From Erysipelotrichaceae bacterium (GTDB lineage: Bacteria; Bacillota_I; Bacilli_A; Erysipelotrichales; Erysipelotrichaceae): DNA of 37,298 bases. Positions 36,227 through 37,298 of this stretch are shown piece by piece. The notes under the pieces were generated by a model that worked only from the letters and a program-made list of their open reading frames with translations, was not told the DNA's origin and did not search any database. Position 1 is the stretch's first letter; each line of letters opens with the position of its first letter. The stretch is from assembly GCA_028686295.1 (NCBI GenBank), contig JAQUCI010000001.1:1-37298 (forward strand). The letters run 5' to 3'. A program made the position numbers and the translations under genes.

Positions 36227-36463
36227 ATGACCAATAAGATATATGTAGACGTAGTGACTATCCATTATAAAAGTGGATCAATTAAGCCTTTGTTTATAGT
36301 TTGGAGTAATGGTCAAAAATATCCAATAGATAAAGTAAAAAATATATGTCGAGCAGCATCATTAAAGGCAGGAGGCTGTGGCATACGCTATACTTGTATC
36401 ATTAACAACCAAGAGCGTTATCTTTTTCTAGAGGAGAATAAATGGTTTATTGAAGGGAGATAA
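36227..36463 (+). CDS. 78-aa protein of unknown function, operonic with the Y-family polymerase and SRAP
   Basis: AGAGG RBS 6 nt upstream; starts 20 nt after the polymerase stop and ends 1 nt before the SRAP ATG; no family recognised; three Cys (CRAASLKAGGCGIRYTC). Confidence 0.55.
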   Translation: MTNKIYVDVVTIHYKSGSIKPLFIVWSNGQKYPIDKVKNICRAASLKAGGCGIRYTCIINNQERYLFLEENKWFIEGR

Positions 36464-36464
36464 C

Positions 36465-36986
36465 ATGTGCGGAAGATATTTATTTAACGACAACAGCAGT
36501 CAAGCAATAGCTAAGATAATCGATCAAACAAAACAGAAATACGAACAAGCACAGCTTGATCTAGTGGTTTGGGAAGAAATATATCCCAGTGCTTACAGTG
36601 TTGTAATGCTTTGTGAGAAAGGGAAATTAACCCCTACCTTAATGAATTGGGGTTTTTTGAAAAAGAATTCCAAAGAATTGATTATAAACGCTAGGATTGA
36701 AAACATCAAAAGCAATTCATTCAAAAGTGATTACCAAAATAATCGTTGTGTTGTCGCGTGTACTGGTTTCTATGAATGGGATAAAGACAAAAAAAGACAC
36801 TTCATTAAAAATCCCAATGAAGATATTATCTATCTTGCGGCTATCTATCGTAAAATAGAAGATAAATACTACTATAATATCCTGACTAAAAGAGCAACCA
36901 AACAATTATTACCAATCCACGAACGTATGCCGATAGTAATGAACAAAGAAGACGCAATAAAATATTGTGAATGTACGAATGGATAA
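36465..36986 (+). CDS. SOS response-associated peptidase (SRAP; YedK/HMCES family), short form
   Basis: Obligatory MCGRY N-terminus (Cys2), INARIEN, GFYEW and IHERMPIV motifs. Start trimmed to ATG 36465 (AAGGGAGA RBS). It ends about 50 residues earlier than E. coli YedK as I recall that sequence. Confidence 0.8.
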   Translation: MCGRYLFNDNSSQAIAKIIDQTKQKYEQAQLDLVVWEEIYPSAYSVVMLCEKGKLTPTLMNWGFLKKNSKELIINARIENIKSNSFKSDYQNNRCVVACTGFYEWDKDKKRHFIKNPNEDIIYLAAIYRKIEDKYYYNILTKRATKQLLPIHERMPIVMNKEDAIKYCECTNG

Positions 36987-36988
36987 AT

Positions 36989-37025
36989 TAAAAACAAGCT
37001 TCTGTAACAAAGAAGCTTGTTTTTT
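36989..37025. terminator. bidirectional terminator after the SRAP gene / PASTA-protein gene
   Basis: 10-bp stem ACAAGCTTCT / AGAAGCTTGT with a 7-nt loop, flanked by AAAAA and TTTTT. Confidence 0.75.
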
Positions 37026-37038
37026 AATACTCAAAATG

Positions 37039-37298
37039 TTAATCGTTCTTTAATTCAACTTTGATGATAAGTGCTACATTTAATGGTTGCGTTCCTTTGT
37101 GTGATTGAGACCATACAACACCATCTGAGGTTAATTCAGAAATATTCTCTTCTAAGACAACGGTAAAGTTAGTAAATCCCAACCCACTTAATTCCGCAAT
37201 AATTTCAGATTGAACTTGATATGGATCAGCCGGTGCTGTATATGTAGACATATAGTCTGGAATAGTAGCGGTAGGATAAGCCCCTTTAGAATATGTAA
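37039..37298 (-). CDS. C-terminal end of a PASTA-like-domain protein (gene continues beyond the right edge)
   Basis: Minus-strand frame stays open from 37298 to the stop at 37039 (the track's Met at 37251 is internal). IPDY...EIIAELSGLGFTNFTVVLEEN...DGVVWSQSHKGTQPLNVALIIKV follows the PASTA helix + 3-strand pattern. Confidence 0.5.
   Translation of the reverse strand, partial: TYSKGAYPTATIPDYMSTYTAPADPYQVQSEIIAELSGLGFTNFTVVLEENISELTSDGVVWSQSHKGTQPLNVALIIKVELKND

Noticed and set aside
34249-37043. Possible direct repeats flanking the damage-tolerance cassette (CTCAAAACCTAATC at 34249-34262 vs CTCAAAATGTTAATC at 37029-37043), as att-like ends of a mobile element
   Set aside because: They are short, imperfect and AT-rich, and both overlap the stop-codon regions of minus-strand genes. 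No integrase, recombinase, transposase or tRNA target is nearby, so I do not call a mobile element.
1-37298. Mollicutes-type genetic code (TGA = Trp), considered because of the very low GC content
   Set aside because: TGA ends several conserved genes exactly at their expected C-termini (rsmE, rluB, mtnN, yhbY). The spot-checked Trp codon (gpsB region) is TGG, and the presence of PBP1A, RodZ and GpsB indicates a walled bacterium.
1-37298. Looked for CRISPR arrays, tandem or interspersed long repeats, tRNA/rRNA genes, riboswitch/T-box leaders and group II intron or retron-like structures
   Set aside because: Apart from the rnpB region, the longest gaps (about 100-175 nt: 5601-5751, 16587-16733, 32175-32349, 34139-34249, 34847-34967) contain only promoters, hairpins or terminators. 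Nothing with periodic repeats or cloverleaf potential was seen by eye. A covariance-model scan would be the decisive check.

Overview
Visibly AT-rich, very gene-dense chromosomal window from a cell-walled, low-GC Bacillota-type bacterium using the standard genetic code. I call 45 protein-coding genes (38 on the minus strand) and 1 ncRNA. Nearly all of it is core housekeeping, arranged in blocks that mirror Bacillus subtilis synteny as I recall it: rsmE-rluB-scpB-scpA; a tail-less SSB paralogue followed by thyA-folA-plsC; rnj-ftsK-M16 peptidase pair; miaB; ymdB-rny-recA-cinA(C-domain only)-pgsA-rodZ; RNase P RNA next to gpsB; recU-ponA; nth-dnaD; and the yqeG-yqeH-yhbY-yqeK-rsfS-yqeM operon, extended here by mtnN and a DedA/TVP38 protein. 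I added three things the ORF track misses: a 57-aa 2x[4Fe-4S] ferredoxin (14037-14210, minus), a type-B RNase P RNA (19804-20157, minus) and an edge-truncated ORF (1-394, minus). Several track ORFs were trimmed to better-supported starts. The only accessory-looking stretch is 31.7-37.0 kb. It holds VanZ, a papain/C39-like lipoprotein, an orphan DeoR regulator and a four-gene DNA-damage-tolerance cassette: an XRE-HTH/S24 repressor divergent from a Y-family polymerase, a 78-aa orphan and a short SRAP protein. That cassette is my best candidate for a 'system', but its parts belong to known families, so I rate its novelty as moderate. I see no CRISPR array, tRNA/rRNA, transposase, integrase or recognisable defence genes. 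Other second-look items are a catalytically degenerate NadD remnant fused to YqeK, an RNase J whose HxHxDH motif reads HAHDDV, and PASTA-like repeats on a class A PBP. There is also a ferredoxin in frame with, and 33 nt upstream of, an SD-less miaB, and a 9-bp inverted repeat carrying TTGACA on both strands upstream of the ssb-thyA-folA operon.
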